Source: Raillietiella orientalis
Lineage: Eukaryota
NCBI GenBank assembly: GCA_036172245.1
Contig: JAYWIR010000135.1
Coordinates: 55,406 to 75,405 of the forward strand
DNA length: 20,000 nt
Direction: 5' to 3'
This document shows positions 1 through 10,973 of the stretch, in pieces. The notes below the pieces were generated by a model. It did not search any database and was not told the origin of the DNA. It saw only the letters and a list, made by a program, of their open reading frames with translations. How positions within the stretch are numbered: position 1 is the stretch's first letter; each line of letters opens with the position of its first letter. The translations under genes were made by a program, and so were the position numbers.

Positions 1-1445
1 GTCCCGACTGCCTGGGGAGTGCCTCCGAGGAGGAGGATGTACTTCCGGCCCCCAGGTCTTACTCACCTGTAGGGATTTTCTTCGCCGGAGCCGGCCTTCG
101 CACGGCCTTCGCACGGCCTTCGCACGGCCTTCGCACGGCCTTCACACGGCCTTCGCACGGCCTTCGCACGGCCTTCGCACGGCCTTCGCACGGCAAACAG
201 AAGGTTCGCCGTAACGAACCTCGGGCGCCTCGGAAACGTCAAGGGGAGGATCGTCGCTCCGGGTGGCAACCTCGGGAACGACGATTCGTTCCAGTGCCAC
301 CGTGCACTCGCGCAAAGTTTTCGAGCGCGGACTGGGTTCTTTCGGCCTACCGGCCGTCTTGCGCTCTCTGCTCTCCGCGGGTGGGAGTTTCTTTTGCTTT
401 CTGGCCTCTACAAGCTGCCTTCCCTCTTCGCCTTCCACCGTTTCAGAAGGTTTATCCTCTGGCTTACGCACCGGAGGTTGTGGTGTTGGCAGATTGTGCT
501 GGCCCTTTTCCACTTCAGGTCTAGAGACCTTTGAAGCGCGTTTCCCCTGCGCTTTTTTCGCGGCAGGGGGAACCGGGGTGGGGCGTTTGGGGCACACGCG
601 CCGAACGTGGCCCTTCTCCCGCACAAATGGCATTGTATATTGGGACACCTTTTACGTAGGTGTTCCACGGTATCACAATGCCCGCAATACCGGGGCTTCA
701 TAACATATCACAGGGCGACGTTTTCTTGCGCCACCTGTAGTTCGTGGAGAAGCCCACAATTCTCCCTTACGATGACCAGCGCTGCAGCCTGCTTACCAAA
801 AAGGCTATTGAAGCCGTCGAAAATGGAGGGTTTCGGCCACACTGCGTGCACCTCAGCGTACTTTCGCAGTTACTCACCAACCGCTGACCGCGTCATGCGG
901 CTGGTGATGCCAGTCATGTGGACCACCACGGAGCGGTCCATTGATACTGGCAGGATCTTGCGGCCGTCTACGTTCAGCGGCGCATGGATTAAGCGGTGAG
1001 CCAAAGTGACATCTTTGCAGACCACCTCGACCCGCTGCCCGCCGCTGAGGACGGAGAGGCCGTCCTGATCCTTCTCAGTCACATTCGCGTCGTTCAACGC
1101 TTTGCTGTAGACGCGCGCTGTCCGGCAGTCGAACAAGTTGCCTACCTGGTACACAAGCGATGGCTTGTACCCGGAGTCCGTGTATGCGGCCATCTCCGCC
1201 ATGGTTTCTGCGCTGGGCGCGGCCACAATGGCGCTCCATGTCGTCGGCGTGGCCGGGATGATTCCGGGGCGGCTGCCCCTGCTCCACTAGGCTCTGATGG
1301 CGAACTAACCTCCCCCACTCCCAGCTCCATCGCCGTGTCCTCTGGCGTCGTGGCCGTTGGACACCGACGATGTACACAAAACACCACAAACAAGAAAGCG
1401 CTTTCCTTCTACTCTTCGAGGAGTGAAGAAAGAACACGTCCTCTA
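1..1445 (-). pseudogene. Copy A: 5' terminus, 5' UTR and disrupted ORF1 (zinc-knuckle protein), running off the left edge
   Basis: ORF pieces 870..1226, 408..701 and 142..648 align with the other ORF1 copies (GY...L.Y.VGNL, SGGQ.VEV.C, C..C....HL..RC...C..C). Stops at 870-872 and 708-710, plus frameshifts. The probable start codon is now ACG at 1357, about 88 nt from the 5' motif GGACGTGTTCTTT near 1443. Confidence 0.88.
92..194. repeat. 11-bp tandem repeat (CGGCCTTCGCA), 9 full copies plus 4 nt
   Basis: Read directly. Units start at 92,103,...,180, and the fifth unit carries G>A (CGGCCTTCACA). Confidence 0.97.
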
Positions 1446-1446
1446 A

Positions 1447-1587
1447 CTGGCCTTGGAGGGGTCTGGCTGCAACGATGCAGCCATCTCCTCCGCCGCACGC
1501 TCGAGGGAGGCGTCATCGATCACGGTCTCGATGACGGACCCTTCCGCCGGTTCACTCCCCACGCTGTTGACATTTTCAACAGTGGGT
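1447..1587 (-). pseudogene. Isolated ~140-bp ORF1 fragment (B') of the copy-B subfamily
   Basis: Closely matches about 2657-2797 (encoding PTVENVNSVGSEPAE...ERAAEE.AASLQP). It is the most similar pair of segments I saw in the window. Confidence 0.9.
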
Positions 1588-2270
1588 TTGCCACCCGGAT
1601 ATGCCAAGGCATTTATTATTCTAATTTTCTACAAAAATTAGATAATAAAGTCTTTCAAACGTTAATTGTGGGAAACACTTGGATTTCCCACCTTGGTTGA
1701 CGTGTCTGTTGCCGGTGCATAGACCGGTTAGGTCCATTCCCGAGGCGCATGGGAAGGGAAAACTAGAGCAAAAACAAACAAAAAGAGAGATAACAAGGAG
1801 GGAAACAGTTGTATGGGGAGAGGGGGGGGGCAAGGAAGGGATCACTGAGCGCCTGGGTCGGTGCTCCGCATCCTGTTCAGGATACATTCAAGTTCTGTTT
1901 TAACTCTGAAAGGTAGACGCCACCTTGTCGCCGTCTCTAAAGAGATCGTCGTCCACTGGATGGCTTCCCTGCATCTTGGGCTTCTTCTTCTGGCGTGCCA
2001 CCTTTGCACAATGCCGCGCACGCAGCAGAGGACTGCTAGAGACGCAGCGGGGCGCAGGCCGTCACGCACAAAGAGGCGACGGTAAATTTCCTTAGGGTCG
2101 CCTACTGGAAGATGGAGGATTGGAGCTATTCTACTCCAGAGTCCATCCAGGGCGACACACTCGAGGGTGAGATGCGGGAAGGTTTCTCTTTTTCCGCACT
2201 CGACACAGCGGGCATCCACATTTCCCAGTGTCCAGTGAGACAGGCGTGCTCTGCTTAACAGTCCTCAGTG
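1588..2270 (-). mobile_element. Copy R: ORF2 C-terminal zinc-finger region (stop 1842-1844), 3' UTR and natural 3' end
   Basis: ORF 1842..2219 has CVECGKRETFPHLTLEC and is homologous to 4950..5453. A pyrimidine tract follows the stop, and the terminal motif is at 1588-1617. Confidence 0.92.
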
Positions 2271-2285
2271 AATCTCTTCCCGGAA

Positions 2286-4090
2286 TTACTGCCGGGAAGA
2301 TGACGGTGTGGGGGAACCCGCCTCTTCCGAGGCGGGTGAGATGAGCATTAGGGTTTCAGCCTCCTCAGGCACCTTGGGTACCATTCCGGCATCAACCCCC
2401 TCCATCTCCTCCGTGTCTGTGCGTGGTGGTCTCTCGGGTGACGATTCGCGGGATTCTCCCACGCTCATGGCACCCTCGCGGTCGGAAGTGATCTCCACGC
2501 CTTCGACCTGGAGAGGGGCTTTCCGGGGTTTGCTGGATTTCCTTCCAGCCTTCCGGCGGGGTGCCGCGGAGATGGAAACTTGGTTTCCGGCCTGCGCTTC
2601 GGGGTCGGAAGTTACAGACTCCTCGGTGGAGGCCGGACGCCTCACTGCCTTTTTGCCAGCCTTGAAGGGGTATGGCTGCAACGATGCAGCCACCTCCTCT
2701 GCCGCACGCTCTAAGGCGGGGTCATCGATCACGGTCTCGGTGACGGACGCTTCCGCCGGTTCGCTCCCCACGCTGTTGACATTTTCAACAGTGGGTTGCT
2801 CGTCGGTAGCAGCGATTTCTACCTTGCGGCGTTCGGCGTGGACGCGTTCCACGACGACACTGCATTCTTTTAAATTCTCGCTAACCTGCTGTTTTTTATT
2901 TTGGTAGGCGAGCTTTTTTTCGAATCTTCGTTCTTTCTTCGACATTTTTTTCTTTTTCGCTGTGACTTCTTGCCATTCCAACACCTGACCGCTTTTGTCA
3001 ATCTTTTCGGCATTCGTTGCCGGGTTGTCGGCTGAGGCGTGGACCACGGGAGTGGGTGGCACAGCTTGAGTGGCAGCCTTCGCCGCCAGTTTTTTCTGTA
3101 GGAGCCGCGCGCGTTTTTTTAGGTTCCTCGCGGAAATCATGCGCACAGCGGATTGTGGACAGTTCCTTCGTGTGGCCCATTGTCCCGCATACTTGGCACT
3201 GTACGTTGAGGCACCTCCTTTTGAGGTGTCTCGACGTGTTGCAGAAGCAACAGTATTTGGGCTTCCCCACGTACCAGAGGTCGACGCTTTCTCCGCCGAC
3301 CACCAGTTTGTGTGGAAGGGGAGAGTCCTCCCGAACGGTTACACGGGCAGCCGTGAGGCCGCACTAAACTGTGGTATTGTCCTCGAAAGGACTAGGCTTG
3401 TTCCATACTGCATGGACCGTGCCTTCTTTTCCCAACCCGACGCGTAACTGTTCTTTCCGCATCCGCGCGGTAACTCCTAAAAGGTGGACCACCATACTGT
3501 GGTCCGCCGTAACGAGAAGGAGCCTGCGTGTCCCCATTACCTCGAGAGTTTTAAGCAGACGTTGGGCCAGATCTGCATGTTTGCAGATCACCTCTACGTA
3601 CTGCCCCCCGCTACGAATGGTCATAGCGCAGAGCTCCTCTTCTTTAAGATCGAGAGCGCGCATCCCCTTCGAAAAGGCGCGCGCACTCTCAGCAGAATAC
3701 AAATTTCCTACCTTGTAGAATAGTGATGCGTTATACCCCTTTTCCACATAGGCAGATAATTCCGCCGCGGCTGCAGGCGATGGCGCCGACACGACGGCGC
3801 TCCACGCCCGCGCTGCAGCGGGGACCGGTTTTGGGGGGGCGGACGCCTTCACCTCCTTCTCCACTGAAGGCGACGTTGCCGCGGCCCCCTGGCACTTCAC
3901 CTTCTCCAGAGGCGACGTTGCTGCCGCCACCTGGCACTCTATTTCTTCAGGAGGCGACGTTGCCACCGCCCCCTGACACGTACTGGTGGTCGCGTCAGGC
4001 ATTGCTGCCTGATCGACCACCACCACACACGAAGCCTACACCTAGGGACGGTTCTCGGCACGAGGAGCACCGAGGAAACCCGTCCGCTCT
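2286..4090 (-). pseudogene. Copy B: 5' terminus, 5' UTR and full-length but disrupted ORF1 (ATG 4002, stop 2286)
   Basis: ORF pieces 3364..4026, 2998..3303 and 2286..3146. Knuckles CCFCNTSRHLKRRC and CQVCGTMGH. In-frame TAG at 3364 and a frameshift near 3150-3170. The 5' motif GAGCGGACG is shared with copy E. Confidence 0.92.
3853..3979 (-). repeat. Imperfect 42-bp x3 coding repeat in the ORF1 N-terminus of copy B
   Basis: AGGCGACGTTGC recurs at 3868, 3910 and 3952. Translation gives CQGAVATSPPEEIE / CQVAAATSPLEKVK / CQGAAATSPSVEKE. Confidence 0.9.
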
Positions 4091-4552
4091 AGCCGACGTA
4101 AAGCCTTCGACTGCGTCGTCCAGGAGCTCTTTCTGGAGCTCCTGGAACGCTTGGAATTTCCGGCCGTCTTCCTGGCCTACCTGCGCTCCTCCTGGCGCTT
4201 TGCGTTCATCAATATTAATTTCAGCGGCCGGCAGGTGTTCGGCGTGCCGCTTCGTCGTGGTATCCGGCAGGGTGACAGCATCACCCCCTGCTCTTCAGGA
4301 TCTACTTTGAGTTGGTGCTGAGAGCATACAGGGAGACTTTGGCAACCCTGCCGAGCTCGTGTCCCGGCACGCCTGCCGTGTCGGCCTATGCCGACGATCT
4401 TCTGCTTCTTCTTCCCGTGTCCACCCCGGCATCGGCGCTCGAGGACTTCACCCAGTTGCTATACCGTGGGACAGGCCTCCAGGTAAGCAGGACGAAGTCG
4501 TCTTTGCTTTTCACCGACTCGACGAGGGCCGGACGGTCGGACTTGATTCGCT
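4091..4552 (+). pseudogene. ORF2 fragment Q1: reverse transcriptase core (about domains 3-6)
   Basis: Manual translation: KAFDCV...PLRRGIRQGDSITP (frameshift) LLFRIYFELVLR...SAYADDLLLLLP...TGLQVSRTKS. Confidence 0.93.
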
Positions 4553-4595
4553 GAGCTGGGTTTTGCTCAGGGAGCTGACCAAAAACGCGTGCGGC
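4553..4595 (-). mobile_element. ~45-bp stub of an element 5' terminus (copy-C-like)
   Basis: Minus strand CGCACGCGTTTTTGGTCAGCTCCC matches CGCACGCGTTTTTGGTGAGCTCCC at the copy C 5' end (about 8465-8488). Confidence 0.8.
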
Positions 4596-4946
4596 ACCGG
4601 CGAATGTTTGCCGCAGTTTGCGGGATTTTTACTTCTCTCTTTACGCCTAGAGGCCACCTGGGCGCCCTCTTGCGCAGCGTCTGCGGCCAGAGGGTGCTCC
4701 CGCGTTAAGGGAGGAGGAACGGCACACCTTCCAACTGGAATTTACGATGGCGGAGATTGTCTCCGCCATCAAGAATCTAAAAAAGAAGAAAGCATCAGGG
4801 AAAGACGGCCTGCCAGCTGAATTCTATTAACACTTCGCGGCCGAGTTGGCTATCCTGGTGCTCAAATTCTGTTTGCTGATCCGTGAACGCGGGGATGTCC
4901 CAAGCTCGTTCCGGTCAGTTAGAGTACGTCTCCTACCTAAGGGTGA
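4596..4946 (+). pseudogene. ORF2 fragment Q2: linker and RT domains 0-1
   Basis: Manual translation: PANVCRSLRDFYFSLYA*...EFTMAEIVSAIKNLKKKKASGKDGLPAEFY*HF...RVRLLPKG, homologous to about 16380-16730 (-). Confidence 0.92.
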
Positions 4947-5725
4947 AGGGTGAAGTGGCCCCCGGCGTCGTGGGATAATGGCACCCTTCCCCTGCAGTGG
5001 CAGGAGACGGCGTTGCTTCTGCTCCATTTGAGACTGTTAAGCAGAGCGCGCTTGTCTCACTGGACACAGGGGAGTGTGGATGCTAATTGTCCTGACTGTG
5101 GGGAAAGAGGAACCTTTCCTCACTTGATTATTCAGTGCGTTGTCCTTCGCGATATGTGGGACCGACTCTCGTTGATCCTGAACATTCCGGTGGGAGACCA
5201 AAAACATCTATTCAGACGCCTCCTGAGGCGAGACGGCTTGCCAGCCTCCGGGTGCGTAGCAGTGCTCTGCTGCATACGCGGTTTCCTGGATAAGTGGACC
5301 GCGTCAAGGGGAGGAAGAACCATTCGGATTGCCATCCACTGGGCAGCGATCTCTTTGGAGAAAGCCTGTCGTTGGCGCCGACTTAATAAACATTTGCCGG
5401 CACTTGTTCAAATCCAAAACAGGATGCAAAGGCCTCCTCACGGCGCATTGTGATCTCCTCCCTCCCACCCCATCCCCAAAAAACATTGCCCTCCATACGT
5501 TATTCTTTGTTTTTTGTTTTATTTTTATTTTCCCCGTCCCGGCGCTAGTGAGAAGGACCATATGGGCCTCCGGGACATTTAACGACAAGTGCAACAACAC
5601 GACGATAAACTTCTGAATGTCCTAAAGAAGAAAATTAACTTTGTTTAAAAATTTAGAACTTATTATGAAATTTTTGTATTCTTAAAAATTTTAATAATGA
5701 AAGCTTTGGCTTACCCGGGTAATAA
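4947..5725 (+). mobile_element. Copy Q3: ORF2 C-terminal zinc-finger region (stop 5451-5453), 3' UTR and natural 3' end
   Basis: ORF 4950..5453 contains CPDCGERGTFPHLIIQC. T-rich tract about 5500-5530, AT-rich tract about 5620-5700, terminal motif 5696-5725. Confidence 0.92.
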
Positions 5726-6776
5726 ACCTGCGCTGGAGATGAGTGCTCCTGGCCTTCTTCGTCCAGTAAGCAGGCAGACCCGGATTGTCAGGCCTGCCTC
5801 TCAGCTGCAGCCTTGAACTCCGCCAGGCGACGGACATCGGGCTTGTTAGAGAAACTTCGGGTGTGGAGATAGTTTCGGTCGTTCCTCAAGCCTTCGCCAA
5901 ATCCTGGAAGAAGTTGATAAAGGGGAAACTCGTCGCAGAACTCTCGGACTGAGCGTTTTATTTTGTCCCAGTCAGCGAGAGTCCGCAATTCGCAACTACG
6001 CAGGAATGCGCGCAGATGTTCGCGCGCTCCTGCGAGTCGCAACCAGTCCCCGGCAGGCGCCACGCTTCAGAGGGTGGACCTTTGTCGCGCAGATGAATGT
6101 TGATCACTAGCCGAGGGTGATCGGACAGCTCCGACGCAATTGCTCCTCGAGTCCCCACCCGCGTACACAGGTGGCTATCGAGGAACACGTAATCGATTCT
6201 GCGTCACACGTCGGCTTCATTAGCCAACAAGTTGCACGCGTGCATCGACGCACACAACACGTTGACCAGTTGTGCTCTTATGTCGGGCGCTTCCGACAGC
6301 AGGCGGACGTTGAAGTCTCCCGCTATCAGGTGCACCCGCCGCACGCCTGCTTCGGCCAACCAGTCTCGCCGCAGGGCTTCGAAGAACGCAGTGCGTTATA
6401 CGCGCCTGTGGCTGCTGTAGGGCGCGTATACGTTCGTGACCACGAGGTCGATCGAGTCGCACCACTTTAGAACAAGTTGCCCAACTCGTCCTTTCTCGTC
6501 GAACTGTAAACTGCGCACTGCCTTTGCGACGACTGGCTTCAGCAGGAAGGCCACTCGGCGAGAGTGGTCTCCACCGGATCGCCAAAGTAGCCTTCCTCCC
6601 GTGAGCCTCTCGATCTCCTGGACGTCCTCTCCCCTGAGGGCGTGAACCTCTTGGAGAAGTGCCAGATCGAAAGGTCTCAGGGTGTCGGCCACGCTACGTC
6701 TCTTGCTTTCGCTACGCAGCCCGTTGACATTCCAACAGGCTATACGCAGTTGCCAGCAAGAGGCGATTTCACGCAT
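5726..6776 (-). pseudogene. Copy C ORF2 N-terminus: APE endonuclease and linker, truncated
   Basis: LRIACWNVNGL..LLQEVH..NVYAP..(frameshift)..IAGDFN..RIDYVFLD..ELSDH, then DWDKIKRSVREFC...AERQA*QSGSACLLD...PAQV. Confidence 0.94.
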
Positions 6777-8490
6777 CATGCTAATGATGGTGGTGGCGAT
6801 TGTGTAGCCGCCTCTTGTTCGGGAAGCGTCTGGTCGATGTCCACTTGCATGGAAGGCGTTTCCGTAACGACCGGTACGTCGGCAGCCGGATTGAGGTGAA
6901 TCGGAAGATCGGAACGAGCGGTTTCCACGGAGGGATCCCGCGACCTCGCGGGCATCGCCTCCTCGCTACCCGAGCGCATTTCCTCCTCCACAGCCTGAGG
7001 GGGAGCGACGCGCATAGGGTTGCGGGACTTCCGGCCCGCCTTCCTCTTCGGGAGGGCGACGGTAAGAGCGTTTCCGGCTTCCGCCTCGGAATCGGAAGTT
7101 TCCGGTCCTTTGGCTTCCGCCGGACGTCTAACGGCCTTCTTTGCAGCCTTAGGCGGCTGCATTAAAAGGTGGCCGCGAGCTCCTCCGCCGCCTTCGCGAA
7201 GTTTTTCTCGTCGCTGCTGCTGGCGTTCTTGTTGCAGGATTCCTACGGCGGTTCCGCGGCGTTCGCGAGGGTTGCGGGAGTCGCGTTTGCCGATCGACGT
7301 TCGATCGACGGAACGCGCTCGATGTTAACGCGGCATTCCTTTATTATTTCGCGCGTCGTGATTTTTGTTTTGCCGTTCGCGGTTTTTTTCGGTTTGCTCG
7401 GGTTCTGTTTTAAAGATTTTTTGTGTTTTTCGTTATTGGGATTTTGATTCTTAGTTTTTTTGGTTGCCACTAGTTTCCAGTTTTCCTCGCCGATGGTTGG
7501 TTCAGAAGTCTCCTTTTGATTCTCTTGTTCCTTTTGTTCGGCTTGTTCTGAGTTTGGCTGTTTGTCGCTCTTTGCTCTTTTTTTTCTGCCTTCTTTCCTT
7601 TTTTTGAAATAGGGGTTTCAGGCGTTGTAGCGGCGTTTTCCGGACACAAAACGCTTGTGTGGCACTTAGCGCCGCACGTTGGGCATGTGGCGTCCGGGCA
7701 TCTCTTTTTAAGATGATTAAACGTGTTGCACAGCCCGCAGTATTCTTGTGTCCCTACGTACTAGAGATCAACGAGCTCGTGGTTAATCTCCAGCTTATGG
7801 GGAATTTGGATGTTTTCGCGGAGTGTCAAGCGAGCGGCAAGTCGCCCACTAAATGTTTCTCTATATGTGAAGGCGTTGGGCTTCTTCCACATCGCGTAAA
7901 TCTCTGCGAACTTGTTAATTTCAGTGCGGATGGCTTCGTCGCTCATCCGCATCGTTGTTCCTGTTAGGTGAATTACTATCAAATGATCCACCGTGTGTGT
8001 GTGGAGATTCCACCCTTCAAAGGGAACAAGCGTTTAGAGCAGTTTGTGCGTGAACGCTGCATCTCTGCAGATGAGCTCCGCAAACTGCCCTTCGCTCCGT
8101 ACCGAGAAGCACAGAATCTCCTCCTCTGTAATGCCCATCCTACAAATGGCGTTTCCAAATTTCCGCGTAGTTAGCGGTGAGTATAAATTCTTTACCTTGT
8201 ACAGCAGGGCTGAATTGTAGCCTTCTTTGATGTAGGCTTGCACTTCTGCAGCCGTGTCTTTCGGAGCCGCCGTGGCCACTTTATTCCAAGCCCTATCCGG
8301 GTTGGCTGGGGCTGATTTTGTGGTGGGGCATGACCCCACCTCCATAGGTTGGGGAGACGTGGGTCTCACGCTTCCCGTCGCAGGTGTTGCTGCGTCTCCA
8401 GGCATTTCTGCCTTCGAACGGCCGCACTTCCACCCACGAAAACTTCTTCGTAGGTTACGCTCGCGGGAGCTCACCAAAAACGCGTGCGAC
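6776..8490 (-). pseudogene. Copy C: 5' terminus, 5' UTR and disrupted ORF1 (ATG 8405, stop 6776)
   Basis: ORF pieces 8034..8519, 7761..7991, 7243..7470 and 6776..7162 are homologous to the other ORF1s. Multiple stops and frameshifts. Confidence 0.9.
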
Positions 8491-8493
8491 CAC

Positions 8494-10085
8494 AACGAAG
8501 GTGGGCCGCATCGTGCCAAAAGGTAGAGTTGGCAATCGGCCCGTTCCTGGAAGGCAGGTTCCTTCTGCTGGAACGTGCCGCTGTGTGGAACGCGTTCGCA
8601 GCTCCCATCCTCCGCCCCCTGCTCTTTGTGTGCCTCGTTCCCCGTAACTTGAAGAAAAGGACAAAATACCTTCTCCGCATCTCCCTCTGGGGCAGAGGGA
8701 GGCCACGTGCGCCTCTTAAGGACATATGCGCTCCGCGTCGTGACGAAGGCCTTGGCCTCCTAACGTTGGAGCACCTGGACATACAGCTGCGATGGCGCAC
8801 CCTCGCCATCGCAGCAAAGACATGGAGCACTTACTGGTGCGCTCCGGCCCGCATCCTTGCCAGCCGTGTATCCAGGACGCAAGAACTTGCGTCTATCCTT
8901 CTGTGCCTTGGCCGGAAGGTCAGGAGATGCGGCCTTCTTTTTGGACGCATCGAAGCTCTGGTGAGGGAAAACGGCTGGACTATATGCAGCCCCGCCAACT
9001 CCTCCGCTTGGCTGGAGGAATCCGTTGCGACGTGGGCCAAGCTAAACAATCCAGGAACCGAAAATTGGAACTGCCTACGATTCGGTTCCATCTACTGCTG
9101 CACCCTACGGAGCACTCTGGAGTGTCCCGCCAGAAGCACGCGGGCGGAGACCACCCCTTTAGCCTTGACGCTGCCCTTCCTGCGGAGGGCTTTGACCAGC
9201 GGTAGGATGCCAAAGTGACAGGTCTCCTGCCGAAACGCAGGAAAGGAAAAAAAGATGAGCGGTTGGACCATGGGAGAACTGGCAGACGCCACGACCCCTA
9301 GTGCCCTCCCACGTGGACTTTTGAGATGGGGTAAACTGCTTGGCATCCCGACGTATGACCTAAAGTGGCCCTAAGTTCTTATCGGATCCAGGCTTCTTCC
9401 TCAAGAGTGGCAAGAGTCAGCGTTGCTCCTCTTGCACTGGGGTCTACCCTGCAACGCGCGCCGCTTCCACTGGACGAGGGGAGCTGTGGATCCTGCGTGT
9501 GCCAGGTGCGGAAAGCATGACTCGCTTTCCCACCTTATATTGGATTTTGATGCCCTTCGACCCCTTTGGGAACAATTCGGGATGACCCTCGAGCTTCCTA
9601 CGGGCAGTGAACCCAGCGACGTTTTCCGCCTCCTCCTCGTGCGGGACGCCCTGCAGCCAGCAGCAGCCCTCGCAGTCCAATGCTGCGATCGAGGCATCGT
9701 GCCGGCTTGGAGAGATGCCAGCAGCGAAGATGAAGATTGGAACGAGAGGGAAGTCATCCAGCACGAAGTACTCTTCTTGCAGAGCTGCCCTGTGGCCCCA
9801 TCTGGGAAGTATGCAAACAGACCTCGAGGGCTTTCTTCGACGGATGGGCCCTCCTCACAGCTTCCGGTGATCTCTTCCCTAACCTCAAAACTCTTTTTTT
9901 TTTGGTTTATCTCTTTTATTTTTCTTTTTGTTTTTTCCCCATCTTCTTCGGCTGTCGGGGAGTGCCACGCCGGGCTGCGTCCCGATGTCCCGACAGGTCG
10001 CGTGTCAAGACGGCAGTGGGGCCTTATGCCACGAATTATAGAGAGTTTTTTCTAAATAAATGCCTTTGGCGTACCCGGGTTGCAA
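8494..10085 (+). mobile_element. Copy P: 3' part of ORF2 (post-RT to zinc finger, stop 9868-9870), 3' UTR and natural 3' end
   Basis: ICAPRRDEGLGL motif typical of L1/Tx1 ORF2 and CARCGKHDSLSHL. Internal stops at 9216 and about 9373. Terminal motif 10055-10085. Confidence 0.92.
10055..10085 (+). terminator. Conserved element 3' terminus with putative poly(A) signal (also at 1588-1617 -, 5696-5725 +, 13976-14005 -, 18848-18877 -)
   Basis: Five copies of AATAAA-like hexamer, (Y)GCC-nn-GGC, N4, CCGGGT, N3, AA. Function as a poly(A) signal is inferred from position. Confidence 0.75.
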
Positions 10086-10973
10086 CACCAAAGCTGGCAG
10101 GCAGAAGGTCCATAGGGAACTCGTCGCAAGGCTCTCGGACCGAGCGCTTGAAACGTTCCCATTCCTGAAGCGTCTGCAAGCTGAAACTTTATAGGTTTCC
10201 GTATAGATGCTTCACGGCTTCCGGAAGTTTTAGCCAGTTCCCCGGTAAGCGCCACGCAGATGACGGGAGACCTCTATCGCGTGGGCGCACCTCGAGTACG
10301 CTCCGGTCATGGTCCGAGAGTTCCTACGGAAACTTGCAGCTCCTGCCCACGCGTGAGCATAGGTGCTGGTCAAGAAACACGTGATATATGCTGTCGGCCA
10401 TTTCCGGATCTCCGGCGAACAAGTTGCGTGTATGTATCTCTGCGCACAGCTCGTTCACGCGGTCCCGAAGTGTGTCGGACGCATCTCACAGCAGGCGAAG
10501 GTTAAAGTCACCTGCGATTAGGTGCGCTTTGCATACTCCCGCTTCGTCCAGATATTCGCGCCTCAGAGTAAAGAAGAAATCTCTCCTTGCCTTCGCCCTT
10601 AGCGCGTCGCTGCCGCATGGGGCGTACAGGTTGGTAATGACCAGATCGATGGAGTCAGACCACCTGATGGTCAACTGGCGACGTGACCAGCACTATCGAA
10701 CCTAACGCCTTTTGCCTCTACCTCGACCGCTGGACGAACCAGGAACGCGTTACCGCAAGATTTAACGGTGCCGCAACGCCACATCAGCCGTCCACCCGAG
10801 ATACGCTCGATCTCCGTTGCTTGGTCTGCGGAGATCACGTGGATCTCTTGCAGCAGCACCAGGTGAAACGATGCCAGGGTGGAGGCCACGTCTCGTCTCT
10901 TGCCGTCGTTGCTTAGCCCGTTGACGTTCCAACAGGCAATTCGCAGACGGCGGCAAGAGGCGATTCTTGTCAT
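10086..10973 (-). pseudogene. Copy D ORF2 N-terminus: APE endonuclease, truncated
   Basis: MTRIASCRRLRIACWNVNGL..LLQEIH..NLYAP..IAGDFN..VFLD..ELSDH..WERFKRSVRE. Confidence 0.93.

Noticed and set aside
92..194. CRISPR array or telomeric repeat
   Set aside because: There are no spacers, the unit is only 11 bp, it is internal to ORF1, and it derives from coding sequence.
259..270. CCGGGTGGCAAC matching the 3'-terminal motif
   Set aside because: It lies within continuous ORF1 coding sequence, lacks the upstream AATAAA and GCC..GGC parts, and is absent from other ORF1 copies. Probably chance.
4119..4770. 11-bp inverted repeats at 4119-4146 and 4746-4770 as terminators or MITE ends
   Set aside because: They are inside RT coding remnants that translate normally and are not conserved in copy X.
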